This document shows positions 22,839 through 34,994 of a stretch of DNA of 44,268 nt, piece after piece. The notes under the pieces are model-generated. The model ran no database searches, was not told where the DNA came from, and saw only the letters and a program-made list of their open reading frames with translations. This stretch comes from Octopus bimaculoides (Eukaryota). Within the stretch, counting starts at the first letter, position 1, and each line of letters opens with the position of its first letter. The position numbers and the translations under genes were made by a program. Where the stretch lies: positions 71,428,838 to 71,473,105 of the forward strand of contig NC_068984.1 in NCBI RefSeq assembly GCF_001194135.2. Direction: 5' to 3'.

Positions 22839-24395
22839 CTAAGAGTAAGAGGATTCAATTAATGTGTTATAGACAAAGAAGCTGTTATATTATTACTTTC
22901 ACTGTTAGAAACAAGATCATAAGTTTCACACGTCTTTCATATCGCACGTAATTACTAAAGGATGATCACACTAGATAATTTCCTGAGAGATACAATATAA
23001 GTGTAAATGCATAAGGAATATGAAATAAGAAAAAAACAACCTGAAGGCTAAGATACATTTGAACATACATTTTAGAATTTATTTTCAGGCACTGTTATAC
23101 TTCTCATAAATTAGTAGTTATTTTATAGTCGAAACGAATGTAATTAATATTATCCTTAATATATTGCAGCGATTTTGACTTCATTCCCATTAGTCTCATA
23201 TCTGATATAATAACTGTTTAGTTGCTCCTAAGCAAGAGGTTAACTATTGCTCTTGCTCACATTTCGCAAGCATAACTCAATTTTCGCATTTAAACAGTTT
23301 GACATTTACTGACATAGGCCGTGACAACTCACTTAACAATATATCGAATACATATGGTTATTTCTGATTATCTCTATCTCCTTAATATTATCATAGTTTT
23401 ATTAAGCTTAACACCTGATTAAATTGTATAAGATTTTGCTTGTGCTGACCACAATTAATTAGACTTCCTTCCAAGATTATAGCTCAATATATGTCAGTTT
23501 ATTTTAAAGTTGGTAAGTAATTTCCCTATAAGAAGATTAGAGAATTTAAAGCTCTAATCTCAACAAAGAAAATAAAGGAACAAAATGCTAACATAATGTG
23601 GTTAAGAATTTTCATCGTAATCATTGAATGCACTACTTCGGAAAATTGCCGAATATCTTTTATGGGAGTACCTGAGTGCGTGTGTACCAGAAATTCTGTA
23701 ACACCTGGGCATGTTAGCAAATCGAGGAACCCTTTGCAAAAATATAGTTATTTCGGTATACACCGCAAATTATAAGCATAAAGAATTAGGACTTTTCTAT
23801 ATAGTCATTAAGACTATGATCTCACGGAAATCGATATGCCCTCTCTTTTCATTCGAAGTCTAGTCGTAAGAAATAATCTTGGTTTTGTGGTGTAGTTTTA
23901 GCTGAAAATTTTGGATATAATAGTTTCAGTCCAACAACGTTTGTGCTTAATTAACAGTCATGGGAAAACTGAGTCTAAGAAATTGAAAGCTCTCAAAAAC
24001 AAATATTGAGATAATCGGGTCTAGTATATTTCATAGAAGAAAACGGCAATTGGCACCAGCAAAGTTTCCGGACATGATTCTGATATTATGCCGGAGATAT
24101 GATAAAATCCCTAATAATGGGACTTGTACCTCAGCAAATGTTTGAAGACCAAGTTTTCGAATTAGAGTTATGAGAATGCATGGAGTGGCTCCTTCTAGTC
24201 AGAAGATTCTGGCAAAAAATTGTCGACTTTATTCTGCGATATTGCTGTATCTCTTGAATTGTCGTATTCTTTTCACTCTCATTATGATGTCCAATAGCTT
24301 TTTGAAATTCCTCTGCAAATTTAAGATGTATAGAAATATCGCTTTATGAGACGCTATCATATGTTAAATTCAAATTACGACAAACGTAAATGTAG

Positions 24396-24472
24396 TGGGA
24401 GAGTTTAGCTCAATCGGTCGGGCATCATGGAGATGCGAGTTCGAGTCCACAGCTAACGACCTACACTTTTTT
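24396..24472 (+). pseudogene. tRNA-like Pol III unit lacking the anticodon arm (tRNA pseudogene or SINE head)
   Basis: A box TAGCTCAATCGG, B box GAGTTCGAGTCC, and a T6 run at 24467-24472. The spacing is too short for an anticodon arm. Confidence 0.5.
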
Positions 24473-24625
24473 CTGCAAAATAGAGGTAGTTTATCCTGTT
24501 CAGGCTATATTATTAGCATTATCATGCGATTAAGAATTTAAAATCACTTCTTTAACTTTCTAAGACATCTCAACGCCTCTAAAAGCAAACTTCGCTTGTT
24601 TGTTTAAGTTTGTCGTAATTTGAAT

Positions 24626-24663
24626 TTAATAATAATAACAATAATTGTAGTAGTAGCAGCAGC

Positions 24664-24697
<34 letters not shown>

Positions 24698-24708
24698 AGA
24701 GTAGTAGT
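24626..24708. repeat. (AAT)n/(AGC)n/(AGT)n trinucleotide microsatellite
   Basis: Directly visible. Confidence 0.93.
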
Positions 24709-25171
24709 ATTTCTATATATTATTGAAGCCTTCCCTTCGATTCTCAGCTTTGTCTAATTTTCTGGTGTATGTGAATTTCTTCTGGACGAGCAATTCCTGT
24801 CTCACTTCCGTTAATATCTCTTCTTCCATCTCACATTACATTTTGGTCTTCATTTATCAAATCTGATCAGTCAATATTTGTTCACTCACGTTCTTCAGTT
24901 CTTCGCGCTGATATTTTTTCCCATACCTCTAATAATTGTTTTATAGCCCCTTTTCCCTTGTACCTCCCTAATATAACATTCGAGTAAAAATTTGGTGTTT
25001 CTCTTTTGTCAGCTTTAATATCTTTCGTTGTTGTAAGTCAGCAGTAGATTGATTACGGCCAGATTGGTGCTGCTCTTCAACAGGACACCTACTGGACGTG
25101 ACACGTTTTTCGAAAATATTCAGCCTCGTTGAAGGACTTATTATTACTTCTCAATATTAACGTTTCTCTAA

Positions 25172-25390
25172 AGCAGCGAGCTGGCAGAATCGTTAGCGCA
25201 CCAGACAAAACATTTAGAGGCGTTTCGTCTGTCTTATCGTTCAGAGTTCAAATTCCGCTGTGGTCAACTTTGCTTTTCATCCCTTTGGTGGTCGATAATG
25301 TGAGTTCTAGTTGAGCAATGGGGTCGTTGTAATCAACCTACTACATTATCCGATACTCCTGGCATTGTGCCAATATTTGAAACCAATATT
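25172..25390 (+). mobile_element. SINE family A, full-length copy
   Basis: gcagcgagctggcagaatcgttag (A box)..gagttcaaattccgc (B box)..ttttcatccctttggtggtcgataatg (Meta-like core)..ctggcattgtgccaatatttgaaaccaata tail. Confidence 0.9.
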
Positions 25391-26699
25391 AATATTTCTC
25401 TCATAAATGAGGAATGTGCTTAAAGGATACCTCCAACCAATAATTATACCATGCAACCGTCACTAGATAGGCAGGCACTCAAGACCTATGAGAGGCCGTC
25501 TTCCCTCATTTAGGCTGATAATCATGCGCTGGTAATCACTTGCGGTATTTACCTCACACACACATTTTCAAAGATTCATACAGCTGGATATCAGTTATCT
25601 CTCTGGATGTCATTCGCCCTTTAACTGGATGTATTTTGTCCTGTAGAGTGTCCAAGGAAATCCACCTACCATGCCAGGCCCGCACATGCCACTTTGGTCG
25701 CCGACAGCCTGACCAAGAATCTGGTTGTGCTGGATTATGTTACCAATAACACTAAAAGTGACCTGACAATTTTTTACAATTATTAAAATCCGTCTGTACC
25801 ACCAAAATTGTTACTACGACTAAAACAAACACTACTCTTATCATCATTTCAGTGACTAATCCTATTACTATCGTGTTCTTATGATCTTCCATATTACCAT
25901 TATTATTAACAAAATACCAGAGAAATTGGGGGGATGAACCAGGTCTTTCAGGATTTCGTGGCTTCCGTACAACAATCCTTGTTATAGGCGGTGGAGATAT
26001 GGTTGGGTAGGTGCGCAGCCAAGAAACAGGTCTCTATATTGAATAGCAAGATAGCAGAAACACATGTCAATCTAAAAATAAGCAAGATAAAATAACAATT
26101 CTCAGCTCAATTATGATAGTATTACCAAGAATAATAAGAAAAAAAGAAAACAAAGTTGCTTCTACCTGTTTATTGAGAAAATAGCCCAATAAAGGGGAAT
26201 TGCAATGGGATGAATGCAGTTTACAAGTGCAATCCAATATCATAGACGAATATTAAACTTCATATTTCTTCATCAGATGATCTAGGTAAAGATATTATGG
26301 TCGCATAAAAATTCTTTTTTGAGACAGACGTTCTCGTGCAATATCCCTTTGCGAAGAAATTGCTTTCAACGCATGTTCCAAAAGTTAAAAGATGCATTCT
26401 ATATGAAATGTTTGTTTATGAAAGGAAACCCACTTTCAACCTCCTCCCCATCACCCCAAAAAACCCACTTAAAATGCTTTTTGCTATATTTCTCTCATAT
26501 GTCATATTATATTCGTTTCCCTGCCGCTAATTTACGCTGTTATTTACGGGTGCTTCGAGCTCGTTCTACATTTGCAATACTGTTTTGTTTCTTTTGAAGA
26601 TGACGTAATTAGCTGTATACATTTGCATCAAATTGTCATTTACTTGATAACATTTTTATTAGCTCAATAACGCATTGAAAATTTTCGAGTCAAATAGAT

Positions 26700-26788
26700 A
26701 CATATATACACACATATACATAATTATACACACACACACACACACACACGCACACACACATACACACATACACGTATATGTATACACA
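26700..26788. repeat. (CA)n/(TA)n microsatellite
   Basis: Directly visible. Confidence 0.93.
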
Positions 26789-28691
26789 CCAAAACTGGAT
26801 TATGTGTAATGTAGATGTCAAATAAGATATTGCATTTATATTCGATTTCTTAATTACTATGTGACTTGAATAATAAAATATATTATTCGGTATTGTTTAA
26901 TAGGCACTTTTCGGGAGATAAAGTATTCGCAATATGTCACAGAAGTTAATTAGATATTCTTATCTCAAATTGTCATCATTTAATTCTAAATTCTTAGAGT
27001 AATATTCTGCATCTTACAGATATCGGAAAATATATAATAATTCAAAATATGTCTCCGAAAAACTTATGCATTTTAAAATTTCTATTTGCACCTCGAAGTG
27101 TTTAGGCTTAACTTTGTTTTATAGTACTAAATTACTGATAAGCTACAAGAAAATGAAATTTTGTCTCGAATTAATGAAGCATGCGCAACTTAAGAAACAA
27201 TTGTGGTAAGAAATAAAATGTCAGCTTCTACCTCAAGGAATCATTATAAACTAACAATAACTTTACAGATTGAAATGATATCCGAAAAACAGGTATTTGA
27301 AAATGAAATAATTTAATAGCTGTATTATAATTACCCAATTTTTTGAAAGATTGATGCTAAAAGTGAATTTTTCTTTCTTATTATCTTCGTATCACATAGT
27401 AATTACAATATAAAGGAATGAAGATATGTAATATGTTAACTGCGATTTAATCTCTATTAATACGTCTCTATTAATATTACTTACAGAGTATTTGCTCACA
27501 TAATGCGATAAAAACAAATAAGCTTGTCCTAAATTATTTTTCTACTGGTAGAAATCGATTGTGCGAAGCATGCAAACATTTCGTACTTTAAAACCTCTAT
27601 TAACGGAATTATTATAATTTATCTGCACTCTACCAAGTTCGGTTTGTCCAATAAATTTTTTGCTTAGTTCCACCTTCCTCCCTGTATGTCATGTAGGCGG
27701 TTAATTAGCTTCGAACATGTATGTGGCTAGAACAGATGACAAAAGTTGGACAATACACGATAAAACCAGTTTATAATATTGTAAGTTTCACATTTCGCCC
27801 AAAATGGAAATTAAAAGTAATTTCAATATGCTGACAGTCACCTTATCAGTACCGGCTTAGCAACTAAAGTTGTTAAATATGCGGGTAAATGTGGTGAGGA
27901 AAAGAAAAAGGAAACCACGGACGACAACTATTTCAAAGTAAAGTGCTGTTTGTTACATAGATTGTAAAATACACAAAACCAGCTGAGCTAATCTTCAGGT
28001 CCCGTTACCTCAAAGTTGTTTACATTGTCGCGTGAAAATGGGCAAATGAATAATTAAAGTAGCCACAACGCAAATGGCAACAGAAAAACGAAAGACAAAT
28101 ACAAAATCAAATAACCAATGAAATTATTGGTTAGAATGGCAAGTTAACAAAAAGAAAATAGAAATAAACAAAATTACAATCACATGAACAATGAAAGTAT
28201 TATTCATATGAGAGGATGTTCAAAGCAAATAAGGTGTGTTTGTAGAAGACATGAAATGGAAGGAATCTGAATGCTAATTAGAGGGCAGAGGGAGGTGAGT
28301 AAGACTAGAGATAAAATAAATTCTTGTATTACAGGATGCCAAAAGGATAGCCAGAGACAATGACCTGATAGCATTAAAGTTCAAGACATCTAATTTAGAA
28401 AAAAACTGATAGAGAGGTCAATGTTTACTAGGGTGATAAGAGCCACAAAATAGTATTTACACTTCGAACCCTAAGTACTGCTTGTTTGCCATATATATAT
28501 ATGTATAGTCCGCATATGAGATGAAAAGATTCTCAATATAGAGCTGATCTTGTAGTACTCAAAGGATCCAAAATTCGACACCAATAGATATAAGAGGGAT
28601 CAAGTTGAACGGATATAGAAGCAATTATGCGACTAGACAAAATAGATATATTCTTTTTTTTTTTACTTTAGACCTAAAATTTCAAGGGAGA

Positions 28692-28860
28692 GAGACGGTC
28701 GATTAGATCGACCCCAGTACGAAACTGATATTTAATTTATCAACTCTGAAAGACAAAGATGACCTCGGCGGAATTTGAACTCAGAACGTACAGACAGGCG
28801 AAATAACGATATGCATTTTGATTTCGCCCGGTGTCCTAACGTTTCTGCCAGCTCACGGTA
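28692..28860 (-). mobile_element. SINE family A copy
   Basis: gtcgattagatcgaccccagtac..gacctcggcggaatttgaactcagaacgtac..cgcccggtgtcctaacgtttctgccagctcacgg. Confidence 0.9.
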
Positions 28861-29261
28861 TTGATAAACTAGCTATATTAAATACAATATAATAGTTTCG
28901 GTATGAAACACAACATATGTATATATATATGCATACATGCAAAGCGAGAAAAAGCAAAAAGTGTAGTCTTTCAGACGTTGAACATTTAAGTACTAATATT
29001 TATATTATTAGAACCAACTTAGAGAGAGTACAAACAACATCTGTTTCTGGGGGGCTCAGAGATATATGATGATCTTGGTAGAAGTAGTTCATCACAATAT
29101 GCGAAAGTAAGCAACATACGATAAGATGAACCAAATCTTTACCCTGCGTAAAGTTGATCTATTAATACAACTTTCTACATATTTGTACTTTAAAATTCAT
29201 CTTCCGAAAGTCTCTATCTTTTGCCTTCTCTCAGTTTGCATGTATACATACTTTGACCTTT

Positions 29262-29645
29262 GTTGTTGGCACTCCGTCGCTTACGACGTCGAGGGTTCCA
29301 GTTGATCCGATCACCGGAACAGCCTGCTCGTGAATTTAATGTGCAAGTGGCTGAGCACTCCACAGACACGTATACCCTTAACGTAGTTCTCGAGGATATT
29401 CAGCGTGACACAGTGTGACAAGGCTGACCCTTTGAATTACAGGCACAACAGAAACAGGAAGTAAGAGTGAGAGAAAGTTGTGATGAAAGAGAACACCAGG
29501 GTTCACCACCATCGCCTGCCTGAGCCTCGAGGATCTTTAGGTGTTTTCGATCAATAAACACTCACAACGCCCGGTCTGGGAATCGAAACCACGATCCTAC
29601 GACCGCGAATCCGCTGCCCTAAACACTGGGCCATTGCGCCTCCAC
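29262..29645 (-). mobile_element. Intact tRNA-derived SINE (family B), 384 bp, with 12-bp TSD ACTTTGACCTTT (29250-29261 and 29646-29657)
   Basis: Minus strand begins gtggaggcgcaatggcccagtgtttagg (A box)..ggtttcgattcccag (B box) and ends ..cgacggagtgccaacaac. Identical 12-bp direct repeats flank it. Confidence 0.95.
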
Positions 29646-29938
29646 ACTTTGACCTTTATATTAAACTATTATACTACATTTAATATATCTAATTTTTATA
29701 CACATAATTGTTTTTCCTCTCTCTCCTCCTCTCTCTTTCTCGCTCCCCTCTCTGTATATATATATATATATACCAATATAACGTGAGTTCTTCCAAAGCA
29801 GTGAGCCACAAAATATTGTCATACAATAGGAAATTCTGCTGTTAGTGGTTATACGTGTAGAAATTCGTAGGCATTCGTAGAGTATAAACAAACAAATTAA
29901 ACTTGTTCTGTCCATCTTCTTATATTTAAATTTATCTA

Positions 29939-29939
<1 letters not shown>

Positions 29940-29980
<41 letters not shown>

Positions 29981-30093
29981 TATGTGGTGTTTGTGTGTGT
30001 TCGTGTATGTGTGCATGTTTGTATGTGCGTATGCCTGTATACACCCACACATATACGCATATATATTTGTATATACATATATATATACATATA
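29940..30093. repeat. (GT)n/(AT)n microsatellite
   Basis: Directly visible. Confidence 0.95.
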
Positions 30094-30305
30094 TAGTGAG
30101 AATTTTTACAAAAAATAGAAGACGAAGACGGTGTGTAAACAACAAACAGATGTATTAGTTTAACACTCGGGAATTGAGAAAGTCTTTTACGTTTCGAGCC
30201 TACGCTCTTCGACAAAAAGGAACACAGAAGTAAACAGGGAGAGAATACAGAAAAAAAGGTTAAATGGCTAGCGATCTATCATGGCGAATGCCGGAATCGA
30301 CTGCA
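30093..30305 (-). mobile_element. Interspersed repeat family C (Penelope-pLTR-like) with hammerhead-like motif at 30183-30220
   Basis: Homologous to 33655-33860, 38490-38575 and 43970-44068. Minus strand carries CCTTT-TTGTCGA-A-GAGC-GTAG-GCTC-GAAAC-GTA-AAAG. Confidence 0.7.
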
Positions 30306-30770
30306 CATACTAAATATATGTAGTTTCTTCTTCGGCACTATGGTTTAGAGCTCTGGAGAAGACTCCCTTATAATACACTAGGTGTTAAAACAGTCGTAGA
30401 CAGGTGAGACACGTCAGCACCAGGCTTATTCAGATGTGATGGATATCAATATTTTGTCATACTTGCGGTTTATAATCATCACGTGTACTTCTCAAACCGG
30501 GGGGGGGGGGCAACTGAATCGCCATGCAATAACTATACTGAAATAGTGTAAGGACCACTTGCTGGTATGTCACGACGATGCATACGTAGGATTAAGTTTA
30601 ATTACTAATTAAGAGCAGCGCTAGTTTTATAAAGATTATCGACCGCACATAAGCAATGTATGTGCTTTATTTGTTCGCTGTCTNNNNNNNNNNACATAAG
30701 CAATGTATGTGCTTTATTTGTTCGCTGTCTCGTAAAATGGGGATGATGCCCTAATGTATTAGCTGTTATC

Positions 30771-30912
30771 CTTTATCTTTTACTTGTTTCAGTCATTGGA
30801 CGGCGAACTTCTAACTGGAGACCGCCCCCAGTACTTATTTATTTAAAAACTGGTATTTATTCTATCGGTTTCGTTGGCCGGATCGCTAAGCTACTTGGGT
30901 CATAAACAAACC
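30771..30912 (-). mobile_element. SINE-type repeat fragments (family A-type tail plus adjacent repeat segment)
   Basis: ttttacttgtttcagtcattgg (reverse complement of the tail at 20540), ccccagtactta..ctggtatttattctatcggtttcg..gctaagc..aaacaaaccagtgccagttg. Confidence 0.65.
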
Positions 30913-33064
30913 AGTGCCAGTTGACACTCAAATTTGAAGGGTAACTTGATCTGTGTCGATTTCACCTCTTGTTTTTGTGTACTAACGAAGGTAATGGCTA
31001 AAAGTATTAATTGACACCAAAAAGAATTAGAATCTTTAGTGGATATTTTGAAAATACCCAAGGTAAAATATGTTAGCATAAACCTCATTAATTGCATAGT
31101 TAATAATGAAATGTATGTCCTGAAATAAATATTTTCATTCTAATTGCGGACAGAGTGAATCTAGTAATTTCTTAAATAGAGAACAGAGTTCCAATACGAT
31201 ATGGGTTATACACTGCTTGGTTGGCTGTCGTAATATTTACCAAGTCATTCTATCGAATTATCGAGCAAAAATAACCATGTAAAATACACTAAATAGGAGA
31301 TTAAGCATTATGTATGCAATGTGTAAAGAATAAAGAAATTCGGAAAAAAAAAACATCAAGAGATCATCTTTTAAAGACAGATAATCAACTTATATTAAGA
31401 ATTGAAATAAATAAGAATATACTTGACACAAAAAGTTACAAGTCAGATTAATATGACCAGAAGCAAAAATACAAGTTCAGTAATTTCAGGTTTTAAAAAT
31501 ATTTGAAGAGTAACGTTCAAGTTTTATTGCAATTAATTATCTGTCTTAGGTATTCACCTGAAATACAAATACCCTTTATATACATTAAAATTTTGGAGAA
31601 GTTAGTATTGAATTATTCTAAGAATAAAATAACTGAATCTGAGCAAATATAAATTCTCTACAGAATAGATAATTTTAGTGAAACAAAATTCAAAACAAAT
31701 CTAATTATAATTTCTTCTATATTTATAGAGACACAAAGTAAATCGTGGAACATACTAAACGATAAGAAAAAATAACTTTAACGATATAATAAATTTTTGC
31801 TGAAAGGCATATACCATAAATTTAGTTGCACAAATGCAATTAAAATATTCTTCATCCATTTCAACATGCTTCACAGCACCGAAATTGGTAGGGTATAATT
31901 TTATTGAAAATTCTTCTGGACAAACGCGTTCATTTCTCATTTAGTGACTTGTGTTCCAGTAACTACGCATTATTTGGAAAGGTTATCTTAACAAATACAA
32001 GATTAAGAATAAAAATGCATTTTGGATGAAAATACCTCAGTTTCAACTTCATTAATTCCAATTTTTTCTTCAGCTTCAAGTTGATACACGTATCTACACA
32101 CGTATGCCCGTATATTTGCATTTCAAATTTTCTCTTCAAATTCCGTATCACATACATTAAACTCATATGTTTCTCGTTGTAATTCACGTAGTAGTATATG
32201 TTGTTATGTATTTATATCGTTAATCTTTATGACCAAAATATCGTTTATTTTCAATGTCAGATGATCCTAAGGAGTTTCTTTAAAATCATTACACCGAAAA
32301 TAATTTTCCAATAACCCCAAACTATCGGCTGAAATGATTGTTCAAAAATAATAATAGCTGTTAATTCGCAACATTGTCACATTGAATTTGTGTATGAATG
32401 CACGCAGATTCAAATGTATATTTGCTTGTGTGTTAGTGCGTTTCATTTTGTATATATTTGTGTACTAATGTAATTATATATATATGTATGAATGTATGTA
32501 TGCTTATAAATGGATTCCATATTTCTGAAATTTACACATATAATTATGAGTATTAAATTCCGTGAAAGTTAGCACAAATCACAGTAGAAATCATACTCTA
32601 TGCAAATGACAAGAAATATTTTCTTTTCTTAATCCCCGAAATACACATTTTTTAACAGCATTTTTATCAAAAAACTTGTTCGAAAATCTTTAAATTAGCT
32701 TTAGGATTGTTAGATTTTATATTTGTGTTTGTGATACTGAATAATCATTTGTTTCCGGGTGCAGAAGCGGTACTTTACAGACTACGGCATATTAGAGATG
32801 GTTGGCAAGATATAAACAATTTTACAGAAGACTTGTACTGCTATATGAATATCGTTCTTTGAAGATTTTGTGGCTAGAAAGTTCCTGAGTTGGATACCTA
32901 TTGTCCGCAACAAATGTTGTGCTCATTAACTGTTCTGCTTTTGAAGAATAAAAACGTACCACTACACTGTAATGAAATATGTATATGTTCAAATTCGTCA
33001 AGCCATTAAGATTATATTCTGAACCAATTTTTATACTTTAAACCACAATAATGCACACATACAT

Positions 33065-33182
33065 CCAGGAGCAACATGAAACAATGTAACCTGATCAAGG
33101 ACTCGATACATCGCTGGCAATCGAAATCACGACCGTAAAATCGTCAGCCGAATATTCCAACCACTAAGCCAGGTCCCTTCAT
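33065..33182 (-). mobile_element. tRNA-derived SINE 5' part (family B-type head)
   Basis: Minus strand: atgaagggacctggcttagtggttgg (A box TGGCTTAGTGG)..gtgatttcgattgcc (B box)..gagtccttgatcagg..catgttgctcc. Confidence 0.8.
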
Positions 33183-33525
<343 letters not shown>

Positions 33526-33654
33526 AACTTCTTCCCAAAAAGATTAGTGGCTTCCTGATAAAAATTTACATCTATTTTATAAAAACTTATTTTAAATGGT
33601 CTTTTTACTTTCAAACAACTCCATCAAGTAATAATCACGACGGCTTTTAAGTAT

Positions 33655-33860
33655 GAACAAATTTAAAGAAAACAAAAGACGAAGACAGGTGAAAGAACAA
33701 CAAGCATATTCGTTTGAGTGTCGGGAAGAATGGAAAACGCTTTGACATTTCGAGCCTACGCGCTTCGACAGAAAGTGTTAAGATGAAAAAAAATTGAATA
33801 AAGAACGAAAGAAACCGGAGAAAGAAAAAAAAGGTGTAGGGGTTAACGGTTGAACGTTAT
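33655..33860 (-). mobile_element. Interspersed repeat family C, diverged, with hammerhead-like motif at 33740-33775
   Basis: Minus strand: CTTT-CTGTCGA-A-GCGC-GTAG-GCTC-GAAAT-GTC-AAAG. Shares aaagacgaagacaggtg..aacaacaa with the 30.1-kb copy. Confidence 0.7.
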
Positions 33861-34502
33861 GAAATAACTGGAGATATGCAGAAGCATGCGTATACATTTG
33901 TATTCATACATATATGTACATTTATTCTTTTACATATTTCAGTCATTTAATTGTTACCATGGTAGAGCATCNNNNNNNNNNCAAATAAAGTCAATAATAT
34001 ATTCGCAAAATGTTCTCCTGAATTATTTGCTCCGTATTGAAATTATTTTCACACTGGTGGCTGCCATTTTCGGCACAAAACGAATCAGTTGCAGCGCAGA
34101 CTTCAACGTCACGAGTCGTGGCTTTCCTTCATGGCAACGCGTGCTGAGAAAGGTGAGATTATAATGACAGTCCAGAAACCGGTCTATGCGAGTCCAAATA
34201 CTTGAATATATTCTGAGAGATTGTCCTTGTCCGTTTGCCCGCAGACAGTTGATTTCTGTAGTTATCACCCTTTGTTTCGGCGATTTAAATAAACGTTTTG
34301 ACTGTTATTTCTAGCATATTGACATACATAATATGTCCTTTCATTAATTTTAATCCGTGAGCTTTTTAATGCTTTTTGGCCCTGCAATCACCTATATTAC
34401 TGATTCTGTTATTATCATTTTTAATTGTTACACTAGATAATAATAGAGTCAATAATCTCTTCGCAAATATTCTCTCCTGAATTATTTGCTCCTAATATAT
34501 AT

Positions 34503-34720
34503 AAGTGGCGATCTTTCAGAATCGTTTGCACGCTGGCCAAAGTGCTTAACTGCATTTCGTTCAACCATACGTTCTGAGTTCAAATTCCGCCGGGGTGAAC
34601 TTTGCCATTCATCACTTCGTGGTCGATAAAAATACGTACCGAGAGAGCCCTGGAGTCGAATCAATCGACTTACCCACCTCTTCCGAAGTTACTGGTCTTG
34701 TACCAAACTTTAAAATCAAT
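34503..34720 (+). mobile_element. SINE family A, full-length copy
   Basis: cagaatcgtttgcacgctggccaaagtgctta..gttctgagttcaaattccgccgggg..ttcatcacttcgtggtcgataaaaatacgtacc..actggtcttgtaccaaactttaaaatcaata. Confidence 0.88.
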
Positions 34721-34994
34721 ATATTTTTCTACTCCATTCTTCCCCTATGTCTTTTTTCTTACTTAAATAAAGTAATATTAATAATTTATAGTCTATTGCA
34801 AGTGCACGACACCAGCTTGCCTGTAAAGTTACACTTAACCTAGTATTATATATCAATAATGGAATCAAACATTATGGTTGCAATGTACAATGATTTTCCT
34901 GTTCCAGGTAAAAGAGGTTAAGAAATAACAAGCTTGAATTAACTATACCTAATTTGATAATATATATTCATATCGCATAATTGAATGTTATATA

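Noticed and set aside
30647-30730. Perfect 37-bp tandem duplication flanking a 10-N gap
   Set aside because: Identical sequence on both sides of a gap is typical of an unmerged contig overlap (assembly artefact).
30730-30750. cgtaaaatggggatgatg resembling the CORE/MIR motif
   Set aside because: Only about 15 nt of similarity with no tRNA head or further core match.
34865-34910. PGTGKSLYI (Walker A-like) on the minus strand
   Set aside because: Lacks the first Gly of GxxGxGK, the frame is short, and there is no surrounding AAA domain sequence.
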